64,000 nucleotides of DNA, taken from positions 89,652,001 through 89,716,000 of the forward strand of contig OZ024743.1 in NCBI GenBank assembly GCA_964016885.1, in the 5' to 3' direction. Below the pieces are notes generated by a model. That model did no database searches. It had not been told where the DNA came from and saw only the letters and a program-made list of their open reading frames with translations. This DNA is from Eledone cirrhosa (Eukaryota). This document shows positions 1-11,040 of this stretch, piece after piece; the stretch's first letter is position 1; the number at the start of each line of letters is the position of its first letter. The translations under genes and the position numbers were made by a program.

Positions 1-458
1 ATCTTAAATGTTTATAACAAATATAACATGATTTAACACTCCACACAAAATATGTTTATTTCAACTGCATTATAACCCTTTCCTCATACATGCCTTATTG
101 ACTGTATTGACTCCTGCATTGTACACCAATTGTCCTTGCTTGTAACTTCTTTGCCTGTGTTTTTTTGCTTGTGATTTTTTTGCTTGTGCTTTTTACTTTT
201 ACTTATATCTATTACACTTCCAGTCAGTGCTGCCTGTAATTGTGTTATTTCAAGCGGAACATCTTTTTAACTCCTGACTCTCCACATGATGCCTTTGACA
301 CTAAGAACAACTATGTACCCTAAATGTTCTAAATGACTAGGATTCTAGTTACACGTTTTCGACATTCCATATGCTCCGATGATTCCAGACTTCCCTCTGG
401 AAGAAACAATTGTCAGCAAATAAATGTTCTAAGCTAAAATTTGATCGTTTTAACACTT

Positions 459-544
<86 letters not shown>

Positions 545-554
545 TTTAATATCA

Positions 555-638
555 TGTTTAATATAGAAGTGGCTTTCCTGATGATTTCTTTTGAGTGAAA
601 CTTTTCTATTCCTGTAGAAGCCATTTCTATATTAAACA
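555..638 (+). mobile_element. Short fold-back Penelope-like terminal fragment with degenerate HHR core
   Basis: IR TGTTTAATATAGAAGTGGCTT/AAGCCATTTCTATATTAAACA around CTGATGA(578-584)-TTTCTTTTGAGT-GAAAC; TA tracts on both sides; related sequence at 58885-58940 and 60068-60105. Confidence 0.5.
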
Positions 639-674
639 TTATATATATATATTTATATATATATTTAAATATAT

Positions 675-1177
675 AAATTTGTTTTGCAAGGTTTTTGATA
701 TGAAATCGTGTGTTGAAACAAATATTGCTATATTTGGGTAGGGTCATATTGTTATGATATTGCCAGAAATAATAATAAAACACACTGTTCGGTTTGGATT
801 GGTTTTTGCTGTGTATATTTTATACCCCTATAGTTAATTTAGCTGGCAATCAATGTTTATCATTGTTTGACCAACGGTTAAAAATATAGATATAAATATC
901 TATCTATTTATTTTTGCGTATACATTACAATAAAACGGGAGGAAACATAATAGTACCACTGATGATGTCACAGGTGTGTGATGAAAGAACTTTGATAGAC
1001 CATATATATATATTTTTTAAAGTTGGTCCATCAATGATAAACATTGATTGCCAGCTAAATTAACTATAGGGATATAAAATATACAGAAGCGAAAACCAAT
1101 CCAAACTAAACAGTGAGTGCGTTTTATTATTTCTGGCAATATTATAAAAATATGACCCTCTGCAAATATAACAACAT
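675..1177. mobile_element. Penelope-like (Naiad/Neptune-type) 3' UTR fragments in inverted arrangement, HHR in the spacer
   Basis: Arms about 722-875 and 1022-1177 are reverse complements; CTGATGA 959-965, stem II, GAAA 983-986; homologous to 49040-49312 and 60650-60950. Confidence 0.75.
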
Positions 1178-1244
1178 ATATATAAACATATACACATATT
1201 CATATATATGTATATATCTAAGTCTAAAGTCTGTCTCAAGCCCA

Positions 1245-1390
1245 GAGGCTCACCAGGCCCGTGCTTATCCCGGTTCCCATGGCGTTAAGCGACTGAGAGT
1301 ACAATACTTCCCCTGGACAGCTATTGTTGGTACTCATTTCAGCTGAGTATACTGGAACAACATGAAATGAAGTGTTTTGCTCAAGAACAC
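1245..1390 (-). mobile_element. tRNA-derived SINE (family 2) fragment
   Basis: Reverse complement GTGTTCTTGAGCAAAACACTTCATTTCATGTTGTTCCAG..CTCAGCTGAAATGAG matches copies at 40695 and 54340. Confidence 0.65.
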
Positions 1391-1558
1391 ATGTATATAT
1401 ATATATATACATTTAAGTTTGGTGGTTCACCACTGGATAGAACGGGTCATTCTGTATAGCCAACCATGCTGTAATATTAGGAAAAGCACTCGACGTTAAG
1501 CAACTCATCCATCTTTGATGTTGAATTTTGCTGATGGTGCGAGAACGGAGTTAATTAA

Positions 1559-2011
1559 TATTGAGTAAAATAACAGGAGGCCGGACTGGTGAAATTCCTT
1601 CAAAGATTTATTTCAGCAAACACTATGTACATTTCAGTGGCCAGGTTACGTAAGATCCTGGTGACATCATCAGGTGTATATTGCATAATAGTTATAAAAT
1701 AAAGGAATAATGGTAAACACAATCCAAGAGGCTATAAGGAGAGAAAGAAGATAAAAATCTGACAACAATTTGCCCTCTTGATCCCCTTCGCGTCAAAAAC
1801 ATTTTTCCCTGACTTTTGTCTTCTTTCTCTCCTTATAGCCTCTTGGATTGTGTTTACCATTATTCCTTTATTATATAACTATTATCCAATATACACCTGA
1901 TGATGTCACCAGGATCTTACGTAACCTGGCCACTGAAATGTACACTGTGTTTGCTGAAATAAATATTTGATGGAATTTCACCAGTCCGGTCTCCTGTTAT
2001 TTTACTCAATA
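1559..2011. mobile_element. Fold-back Penelope-like terminal element, about 200 bp arms, each with an HHR
   Basis: 1559-1759 is the reverse complement of 1811-2011 with few mismatches; 51 bp spacer; abuts (CA)n(TA)n. Confidence 0.85.
1620..1677 (-). ncRNA. Type I hammerhead ribozyme (complete core)
   Basis: Minus strand: ACAC-CUGAUGA-stem II (CCAGG/CCUGG)-GAAA-U-GUAC-AUA|GUGU; stem I ACAC/GUGU; palindromic loop III GUAC. Confidence 0.75.
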
Positions 2012-2036
2012 ATACACACACACACACATTTATATT

Positions 2037-2069
<33 letters not shown>

Positions 2070-2250
2070 GACATTTTTTCCAATTCCACTCCGCCATCCC
2101 TTAATCTATCTAATTTCTCGTTCTTTCTACTGATGAATGACTAGCGTCCGAAACGTTAAGAGCCTCTTTCTGCTATTTCAAGCGTTAACCTAATATATTC
2201 TTTCCATATACTGTACCGATTGTGTTATTATTTCAGTTTACCTTTTAAAT
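2070..2250 (+). mobile_element. Penelope-like 3' end with minimal HHR core
   Basis: CTGATGA(2130-2136)-ATGAC TAGC GTCC-GAAACGTT; same tail layout (..AGCGT..TAATA..TGTAC..) as 9440-9625; between TA tracts. Confidence 0.55.
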
Positions 2251-2279
2251 ACATATATATATTTATATATATATAAATT

Positions 2280-2648
2280 CAAAACCTGTTCCCAAACAGA
2301 TTTTTTATATTAATACTTTCAATAAACATACTTCATCATTTCTGAAGATGGCATGTATATGTGAAAGTATGTATATCTCCTCTGATAATTTGTAATTTTT
2401 TTACAAAGATCTTTAACTGATATACATACCAATACACATATATATCCCAGAAACGATCGTAAAATGATGAATTTTTCAATAAAAGAAACCTGTTCTTTGT
2501 TTTTATTTCATTGTTTTTATTAATTTATCTTGACTCTGTTTTCCTATGATTTTTATCGTTATTTTTCTCTCTTCATGATATCTTCTATATTTGGATTACA
2601 TTGAGTTCTTCATACGGATTGGACACTACCGTTTTATTTTGGTAGATT

Positions 2649-2655
<7 letters not shown>
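2280..2655 (+). mobile_element. HHR-bearing Penelope/retrozyme-like terminal element (second copy at 14905-15250, minus strand)
   Basis: Reverse-complement homology to 14905-15250; both copies lie between TA/CA tracts. Confidence 0.8.
2332..2471 (+). ncRNA. Type I hammerhead ribozyme with 101-nt stem II
   Basis: Stem I UUCAUCAUUU/AAAUGAUGAA (10 bp perfect); CUGAAGA 2342-2348; GAAAC-GAUC-GUA 2450-2461; stem II includes GUAUGUAUAUC/GAUAUACAUAC. Confidence 0.8.
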
Positions 2656-2745
<90 letters not shown>

Positions 2746-3030
2746 TGCACCTTTATATTTCCTGGTTGCTGACTACCGTTACTCGACATTTCATGTCCTT
2801 ATCATTAGAAATTCTTCTCACAGAATTAGTTGATACAACTGATACACACCCAGCCCTTCGTTTGCTGATCAGAGATCTGTTCTATCAGTTGTAAACTGAA
2901 ACTATAAACCTCGCTCAGTAAATATTTACTCCACCTAAGAACTGGGCTCGTTTTCTGCTTTTCTCATGGTCTTATCCTAGACATGATCTCATATCTACAA
3001 ACACACATATATGCATATACACCCACTCCC

Positions 3031-3136
<106 letters not shown>

Positions 3137-3216
3137 CATATATATATAATGGAAAATGTGTGAAATCCTTGATACAGTTAGGTATATTTAAAAAAAGGTA
3201 AAGAATGATTTCACTT

Positions 3217-3386
3217 AATATTATGATTTCACAATTTGGTTTTGTAGTCTAGTAAGTTATTTGTTAACTTCGGAGGGGAGATTTTTAAAGATTCCTGGTT
3301 AACTTTCCTGGAGAACTTTCTCGCATTCGTCGTTGGCGATTGTTATTTACTAGATCTACAAAACCAAATTGTGAAATCATAATATT
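3217..3386. repeat. Inverted repeat, about 40 bp arms
   Basis: AATATTATGATTTCACAATTTGGTTTTGTAG-TCTAGTAA (3217-3256) vs reverse complement at 3347-3386. Confidence 0.75.
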
Positions 3387-3619
3387 ATAGAATTTAATTA
3401 AGTTGTTTAGAACTACAAGTGAAGTCATTCTTTTCCTTTTTTTAAAATATATACACACACACAAAGTTAAAAACATGAAAAAAACCCAGTATCTGAGAAC
3501 AATGCATTATGCAATTCTGAGTTCAAATCCCGCCGAGGTTAACTTTGCCTTTCATCCTTACAGGATCTATAAAATAAAGTACCAGTAATACACTGGAATA
3601 ATATTAGTGGTATTATATA

Positions 3620-3830
3620 GCGGTGGATTGGTAGAGCGTCGGATACCATGCTTTGCAGCTTAGAGTTACGGCCCTTTACGGCCTGTGTTCAAATCCCGTA
3701 GAGGTTAACATTGCCTTTCATCCTTACGGGGTCGATAAAATAAAGTACCAGTAACGTACTGGGGTCGATTTATAGACTTTCCCCTCCCCCCAAATTACTG
3801 GCCTTGTGCCTATACTAGAAATCATTATAT
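3620..3830 (+). mobile_element. tRNA-derived SINE family 1 (Deu/Nin-like central domain)
   Basis: A box TTGGTAGAG, B box GTTCAAATCC, core GCCTTTCATCCTTACGGGGTCGATAAAATAAAGTACCAG; TSD ATATTAGTGGTAT; partial copy at 3510-3595. Confidence 0.85.
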
Positions 3831-4045
3831 TAGTGGTATATTTTTATAACGATTTAACTTTTCGGATGCTAGTCATTTATCGGAAGGTAGAAACAAAGCG
3901 AATGTTTTGGAGAGCGAAGAAAAAATAAAGACAAATGAGAGAAAAGAAAGGAAACTGAAAAAAATTGAGAATGAAAGTGAAAAAAAAAATCATTAGTAAT
4001 TACTTGTCACCCAACTGAGAAGTAATTATTAATTACTGAGAAGTC

Positions 4046-4088
<43 letters not shown>

Positions 4089-4092
<4 letters not shown>

Positions 4093-4268
4093 GAAAAGAT
4101 CCAGGACTCCACGGCTGAGCTCCGGCCGTTTCGACAGCTAGATCCGAACTGCCGGAGCTCAGCCGTCGGGGTCCTGAATTGTTTCATATTACCCACTCTA
4201 CTATCCCAAGTATCAAGTACTCTGGTGCGTTATGGTCCATCTAATATCTTACCACACCCTGTTTGTTA
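4089..4268 (+). mobile_element. Fold-back terminal fragment of HHR family B (3' half of HHR)
   Basis: Hairpin 4089-4126/4151-4189; minus strand GAAACGGC-CGGAGCTCA-GCCGT, plus strand GCCGTC|GGGGTCC; shared tail TACCCACTCTACTA..GGTCCA..CCACA then (TA)n, also at 34928-35080 and 61381-61450. Confidence 0.7.
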
Positions 4269-4280
4269 TATATATATATA

Positions 4281-4670
4281 CGAGGGTAATCCCAAAAGTA
4301 AGGTCTCCAAAGCGATGGGGACGCAGAGAAACTGTTCGTACGGCTGTTGGCAACACTGTTGTGATTGGTGCTTCCTTCACTCCCAAACAAGCATGCGCGC
4401 GCTTCGCTGGGATGCTCAATCTTGGCTTGGCAGCCGTTGAGAATGGAGCTCCCGTTGAACGCTACCGCCAAGTGCGAATTTCGCGCAGTTATATAGAGGG
4501 CAATCCAAAAATTAAGGTCTCCTTCAGAGGAAAACATGCGTAAAGATCGGCTGATCACTCTGGATGCTCTCTGCATTTTGGTTCCTGAGGTTTCCCGAAG
4601 CACCATCCACAGGATTCTAACGGAAAAGTTGCAATATCGGAATGAGACCTTACTTTTGGGATTGCCCTCG
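4281..4670 (+). mobile_element. Internally deleted mariner (Tc1/mariner) element
   Basis: TIRs CGAGGGTAATCCCAAAAGTAAGGTCTC / GAGACCTTACTTTTGGGATTGCCCTCG with TA flanks; transposase remnants MELPLNATAKCEFRAVI (from 4443) and EENMRKDRLITLDALCILVPEVSRSTIHRILTEKLQYR. Confidence 0.85.
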
Positions 4671-4770
4671 TATATATAGTAATAATAATAAATGTGAAGA
4701 CTAAAATCCAAAGAGGGCTCGATAAGGATAAATATATATCAAATATATAAGAACCATAGAGCAAATATTT

Positions 4771-4896
4771 ATTAAAATAAGAGATTAAAGTTTAAGCAAA
4801 GAATCGCTGCTTTCACACTTAACGGGATCTTCTGAAACTCAGAAGATCCCGTTAAGGGTGAAAGCAGCGATTCTTTGCTTATACTTTAACCTGCTA

Positions 4897-4903
<7 letters not shown>
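4771..4903. repeat. Near-perfect hairpin whose arms start at an HHR-like core
   Basis: About 64 bp arms, 4-5 nt loop; each arm reads CAGAAGA-TCCCGTTAAG(G/T)GT-GAAAGC outward; abuts (TA)n. Confidence 0.75.
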
Positions 4904-4970
<67 letters not shown>

Positions 4971-5188
4971 AAATTATCCACTTCTGTGATTTAGCATCTG
5001 ATTAATTGGTGAAATATATTTCTTTAATGGAATATATACAGGGAAGATTAATCATATTATAAGGTATCTATTTTTGAAGTTCTGGTCAACTTTATTTAGT
5101 TACCTACCTAGCTATGTGTGGTTACACACTTGTAAAAATTATCTCCTGTGATTATTCATGTTTATTTATATGTTAATCAATCTCTAGT

Positions 5189-5219
<31 letters not shown>

Positions 5220-5526
5220 GTGGGGCGTTAAATTTCTCTTTCTCTTTGTCTACCTATATTGCAGACTATAACTCTATTACAAAACTTCAGCAAATTTCTG
5301 AGTCATCAAATTCGAATTTATGTATCCAATTACTACAAATCAGTCAGAGAAATATCGAGTTATATTAATCCTAAAATAATAAATTAATTAATTCAAAGAA
5401 AATAACAACCAGAATAACAGAAATAGAAAGTAAAATCATAGATTGCCGGAAGACAGTAAATGATCCATTATCTACGATATGGAATTTGTAAAACCGGTTA
5501 ATTACTTTTAATTCAGAAAAATAGTC

Positions 5527-5840
5527 GTATTTCTCATTGGCAAAACATCACTGATAGATACGCTCCAGCCTCTGACTCACTCTCTGTCTTTCTACCGCTA
5601 TAACAATGGCCGCTGTCCTTCAGATCTGACTGAGCTTGTGCCACCTCATTCATCTCGCCTTGGCTCATCACCCATATTATATCCACCTCCATTCCCCAGG
5701 TCGTGTACTAACCACCACTTACAGTTATTTCTCTCTCCAACGTCACTCCTCTGGAATTCTCTCCCTGCACATGTCTTTCCTACATCAGTCGACTACCAAT
5801 AATTTACACTGAACAGCAACAGCATTCATTTCATCAGTCT
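5527..5840 (+). pseudogene. CR1-clade LINE ORF2 C-terminal relic
   Basis: Frameshifted translation LIGKTSLIDTLQPL..FYRYNNGRCPSDLTELVPP..HPY..LLWNSLPAHVFP. Confidence 0.7.
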
Positions 5841-6774
5841 TAGTGGGGGGGGGGGGGGGGGACTTCAGGCCCCAAACTCTTTTCAAAACAGAATTAAAGG
5901 TTTTATCAAATATGCTCACCAAGAAGTTGACACTTGTCGTCAGCACTTTAGTCAGAGACACATAAATTCATGCGACAGCCTTCACCTGAAGCGATACCGC
6001 GTGTACCTGAGGCGGGAATGGGCTCTGCCAAATTTAAAAATATGCCCAATACACGCCTACGCCACGAGGAGTTAAGAGTTCATACATATCTATTCTTGAC
6101 TTTTCATCTAATTTCCTGTTGAAAATATTTTAACTTTAGCTTTATTACTAGAACAGCAAATATATTTAAATATAAGTTTGAAAGTAGAGGCAACGGAGAA
6201 GAGTTCCAGCTGGATCCTATCAACTAAATCTCCATACAATTTAAATACACAGCAAGTCTCCGATATCCGATGGTTAAATGTCAGCAGAAGGGTATCCAGG
6301 AGTCATGACCTAGATGCGGCCCGGCACCCTTAGAGTGTAAGAAGTTAAGGGCCAAAACATTCGCTTGAAGGGGGGGGGGTATTCTCTGAAGACCTTCTGC
6401 TGTCCAGCTCACCCGAGAGTTTCTTACAACATATATTGAATAACATATCTGCTTCTGTTCTAACTATTAAAAGGATTTATGAGCTTCACTTGCTAATATA
6501 TTCCTTCGTTTGTCATTGATGAATATTCTCTGCTTTATTTATTCATAAGCATTTTATAGTCTCGCCTTGGTCTAAATCTACCATTTCTGTTTATTCTTAT
6601 TTGTTTCAGTCATTAGATTGCGGCCATGCAGAGGCACCGCCTTCATTTAGCCGATCATACTGGCGTCAGTACTTTAAATTTCAAGTCTGGTCCTTAATTT
6701 GTCGATCTTTCTTTTATCGAAGTTGCGAGATATAAATAAACACAACAGTGAACACAAGAGACGAACCCACACAT

Positions 6775-6943
6775 TGTGGCGAATTGGCAGAGTCCCTAGA
6801 ACGTCGGATAGAAAGGATTAAGGTATTCGTTCTAGCCCTCTTTGCCTTTCATCCTTTCAAGGTCGATAATAAAAAAAGTACCAGTCTAGTACTGGGGTCG
6901 TTTCTTCCTCTATATCTCTTTCTATCCCTCTCTCTCTCTCTCA

Positions 6944-6981
<38 letters not shown>

Positions 6982-7265
6982 GTATAGTACCAGTCTAGTA
7001 CTGGGGTCGTTTCTTCCTCTATATCTCTGTCTATCTCTCTTTCTCTCACTCTCTCTCTCTCTCTATATATATATGTATAGTACCAGTCTTGTACTGGGGG
7101 AGTCTCCCTCTATATCTATTTCTATCCTTCTCTGGAAGAAATTTGCTGTACTCAGGCCTGGGGAGGAGATGGGCTCCGCCAAGCTTAAAATGCCCAAGAA
7201 ACGCTGTGTGTCAATTCGGTGACCCTATGACCCCTCCCCCCCCACATCAGGAGTTACTAGACCAT
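6775..7265 (+). mobile_element. SINE family 1 copy with triplicated 3' segment and alternative tail
   Basis: AGTACCAGTCT(A/T)GTACTGGGG at about 6878, 6986 and 7080, each followed by CT-rich microsatellite; tail AAGAAATTTGCTGTACTCAGG..GATGGGCTCCGCC also seen near 6010, 16600, 30100 and 41510. Confidence 0.7.
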
Positions 7266-7686
7266 ACCATACCTGCTCACCTTTAATGTTATTAAGCCCA
7301 AAGCTCCGATAACAACTAGAATTATCTCGATGTTGTTAAGTGGTATTGACCACATTCGAACAATTTCGTTTTCCAAGTCATTATACGTATTTCGTTATTT
7401 AAAAAAGAAAATTCATTAATATAATTACTGCAGTTGGTGGTGTTGTTGGCGAGGTCGAGGTCATATTTTCAATTTCATAAGGGACCAAATCTTAACCTAC
7501 AAAAGTCACTATCAATTCAGTAGCACAACTCATACAATGCATTCTTTACATACAACATTATAGTCTATACAATAACCACCTACTAAAATAACACAACTTA
7601 TATGATACATGTTCTATTGAATCACAACCACCAACACATAATTTATACAATCACCACAGTAGTAGTAGTATTATTATTATTATTAT

Positions 7687-7727
<41 letters not shown>

Positions 7728-8083
7728 ATGATGGTGGTGGTGGTGGTGGTGGTGGTATTAGTAGAAGTAGTAGTAGCAGCAGCAGTAGTAGAAGATAATC
7801 AATACAGAAATCAATCAATGGGGAATCCTGCCAGTGTTAAACGGAAACTGATGAAGGAGAGAATTGAATGTTCAGAGAGAGAGATAAAGAGAGAGAAAGT
7901 GAAAGAGATAAAGAGAGACGGAAAGAAAGAGAGGGGAAGAAAGAAGAGGGAGGGAGAAAGAGAGATGAGAGAGGGGGGAAAGAGAGAGAGAGAGAGAGAG
8001 GGAAATAGATGGTGATAAATACAGATAGAGAGAAGGGAGGGAGAAAAATAGAGGAGAGACAGATAGCTAGACTGGGGGAGAGG

Positions 8084-8143
<60 letters not shown>

Positions 8144-8596
8144 GCTAGATTGAGAAATAGGTAAATATATATTGAAAGAGAGGAGGGAGGGAGAAAGAAG
8201 AGAGATTAGGAGATAGAGAAGAGAGAAGAGAGAGAGAAGAGAGAGAGAGAGGGGAGAGAAGAGAGAAGAGAGAAGAGAGAGAAAATAGAGAAGAGAGAAG
8301 AGAGATTGGGGGATAGTGGGAGGTGGAAGAGGTGGGTGAATGACGAATAGGGATAGAGGGAGGGAGTAGAGAAAGAGAGGATAGAAAGAGCGCATGGAGA
8401 GAGGGGGGTGATAGAGAGAGATATGCAGGAGAGAGAGAGAGAGTAAGATGTTAGCTAAGTTATTTGGGTTAACAGCATCATGTTGTTTCTGTTATACACA
8501 GCTTCATAGCAAACAATGGCATCTCTACCTTCGTTAAACTATCGGATTGTTGTCATTGTATAGTAAGGCATACATGTATATATATATATATATATA

Positions 8597-8608
<12 letters not shown>

Positions 8609-8634
<26 letters not shown>

Positions 8635-8677
8635 ACGTGTGTGTGTGTGTACGTGTGTTTGCGTGTGTGTAAATGTT

Positions 8678-8723
<46 letters not shown>

Positions 8724-8784
8724 AACATTTACACACACGCAAACACACGTACACACACACACACGTACACACACACACACACAT
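8609..8784. repeat. Palindromic compound microsatellite
   Basis: Interrupted (GT)n arm mirrored as a reverse complement across a central (TA)n; identical ORF translations on both strands. Confidence 0.85.
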
Positions 8785-8875
8785 GTATATGTATGTATGT
8801 ATATATATATATATATGTATATATGTATATATATGTATGTATGTATATATATATATGTATATATGTATATATATG

Positions 8876-8914
<39 letters not shown>

Positions 8915-8973
8915 GTGTGTGTGTTTGAATGTTTGTATATATATATTTATAAATATGTGTGTGTGGATGTTTG

Positions 8974-9007
<34 letters not shown>

Positions 9008-9059
9008 AATGTTTGTATATATATATATTTATATATATGTAAGTGTATGTGTAAATGTT

Positions 9060-9100
<41 letters not shown>

Positions 9101-9439
9101 GTGTGTATGTGTCTGTATATGTGAGAGTGTATAGGAGTATCACTACTCTTATTACATTCTAAGAGAAGTTCTAAGAGATTCTTCCGTTTCGCCATAACTG
9201 AGGTTCGCTATCAATGTAGGCACGCTTTAGTTTCACATGTCGTCACTCTTCGACACATACACAGCTATGTATGTATTTCTAAATACACGCATGCTCTTAA
9301 CCATACACACACCCACACACGTATATATATATATATATACATTTATATAGCTAATAGCTTTCTCCATTTATGTAATTATGTATATATATATATATATATA
9401 TATATTTTTTTTATCTTTATTTGTTTTTTTTTCATTCGC

Positions 9440-9625
9440 ACCGTTTCCTTTCGCTATATGTCTCTCCACCACTCCCCTACACACCTTTTGAACTCTGTTC
9501 CCACACACTTCTCACCTGAGGAAGGGCTTATGCCCGAAACGTCGTCCCCCACTCTCCTGAGCGTGAAATTAATAAACATTTATTGTACTGCCTCTCTGTT
9601 TTGTCCCTGTTCAAATTTTTCCTTT
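9440..9625 (+). mobile_element. Penelope-like 3' end with minimal HHR
   Basis: CTGAGGA(9516-9522)-AGGGC TTAT GCCC-GAAACGTC, then AATAAA and (TA)n. Confidence 0.7.
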
Positions 9626-9626
9626 A

Positions 9627-9695
<69 letters not shown>

Positions 9696-9770
9696 CTTTA
9701 TTTACCATAAAGGCATAAAAAGAAGGGACAAATACAAAGGGGGAGTTTACATAAAACCGAGTAAAAAGGG

Positions 9771-9805
<35 letters not shown>

Positions 9806-10100
9806 TAGATAGATAGATATATTTCTTTATTAGCCACAGGGGCACAAAAGAAGGGGACAAATACAAAGGGGGAAGTTTACATACAATAAAAACGTGTAAA
9901 ATGTTATCACAGATGGAATTTAAAAGTTAGTCGATTTTCCCCAATAGAGGGAGACAGTTTATATGGGTAACACAGACCCCCGAAAAAAATGTGCAACCCT
10001 CAGATAGATAGATAGATATATAGATATAAACACACATTATATATATATATAGAGAGAGAGAGATATATACACACATATTATATATATATATTTACACACC

Positions 10101-10135
<35 letters not shown>

Positions 10136-10184
10136 TACATACATACATACACACACACATACATACATACATACATACACACAC

Positions 10185-10236
<52 letters not shown>

Positions 10237-10549
10237 GTGTGTGTGTGTATGTATATATGTATGTATATATATATATTCGAGTTGCAACCATCATATATAT
10301 ATACATACACACATACACACAAACTCAAACACATACAAATCTTTTTTAACTCACGGCTTCACTTCAAGTGTCTCGCGAAATATCTGCGTTGTGTCAGTAT
10401 ATATATATATTTGTGTGAGTGTATGTGTGTGTGTGTGTGAGTGAGTGTATGTGTGTGCGCGCGCTTCTGTGTGATCATGTGTGTTCATCGTGTCCTTGAA
10501 GAAATTCTGTACGAATATTGTTTACTTTTAATCGAAGGACAGACAGTAC

Positions 10550-11040
10550 ATAAAAGCAAGATAAAAGGACCAAAGCAGGCAGAATGTCGGTCACCATCTT
10601 GACAACCTCGAATAAAAAGGCACTTTTAAAATAGGCTGAAAACTACACTACACAAGAAATATATGTAACGAAGCGTTCACTCCTGACCGATGTCTGAAAT
10701 AGAGTCACGTAAGTCCACCATGCTTTCACGAACAGAAGCTGAGTCTTAAAACTAATTCGGGGGACACTGACTAACACACTGTCAACTGCTGATGATCAGA
10801 GGTGTATTTTTACTGCTCAGCTAAGGTGACAATAACAGACAGCTGACTAAGAGTCAATGGTGTATTTTCACAGATCATTTAAGGTGGCACTAACTAACAG
10901 ACGACTGAAGGATAGAAGTGTATTTTCACTGCTCAGGTAAGACAACAGACAGCAGACTGCTGAGGAGCAGAGGTGAGTTTTCACTGATCAGGTAAGACTA
11001 CTGAAGGTCAATGGTGTGTTTTCACTGCTCCGCTTAGGCG
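10550..11040 (+). repeat. Dispersed repeat with internal degenerate tandem array of about 57 bp
   Basis: Homologous to 43008-44152; recurring GGTGT(A/G)TTTTCACTGCTCAG..TAAG motif. Confidence 0.8.

Noticed and set aside
2378-2412. SECIS element in the long HHR stem II
   Set aside because: UGA/GA motif present, but the upper helix is too short and there is no apical AA at the expected distance
3620-3700. SINE heads as functional tRNA genes
   Set aside because: A and B boxes present but no proper cloverleaf; they continue into a SINE body with TSDs
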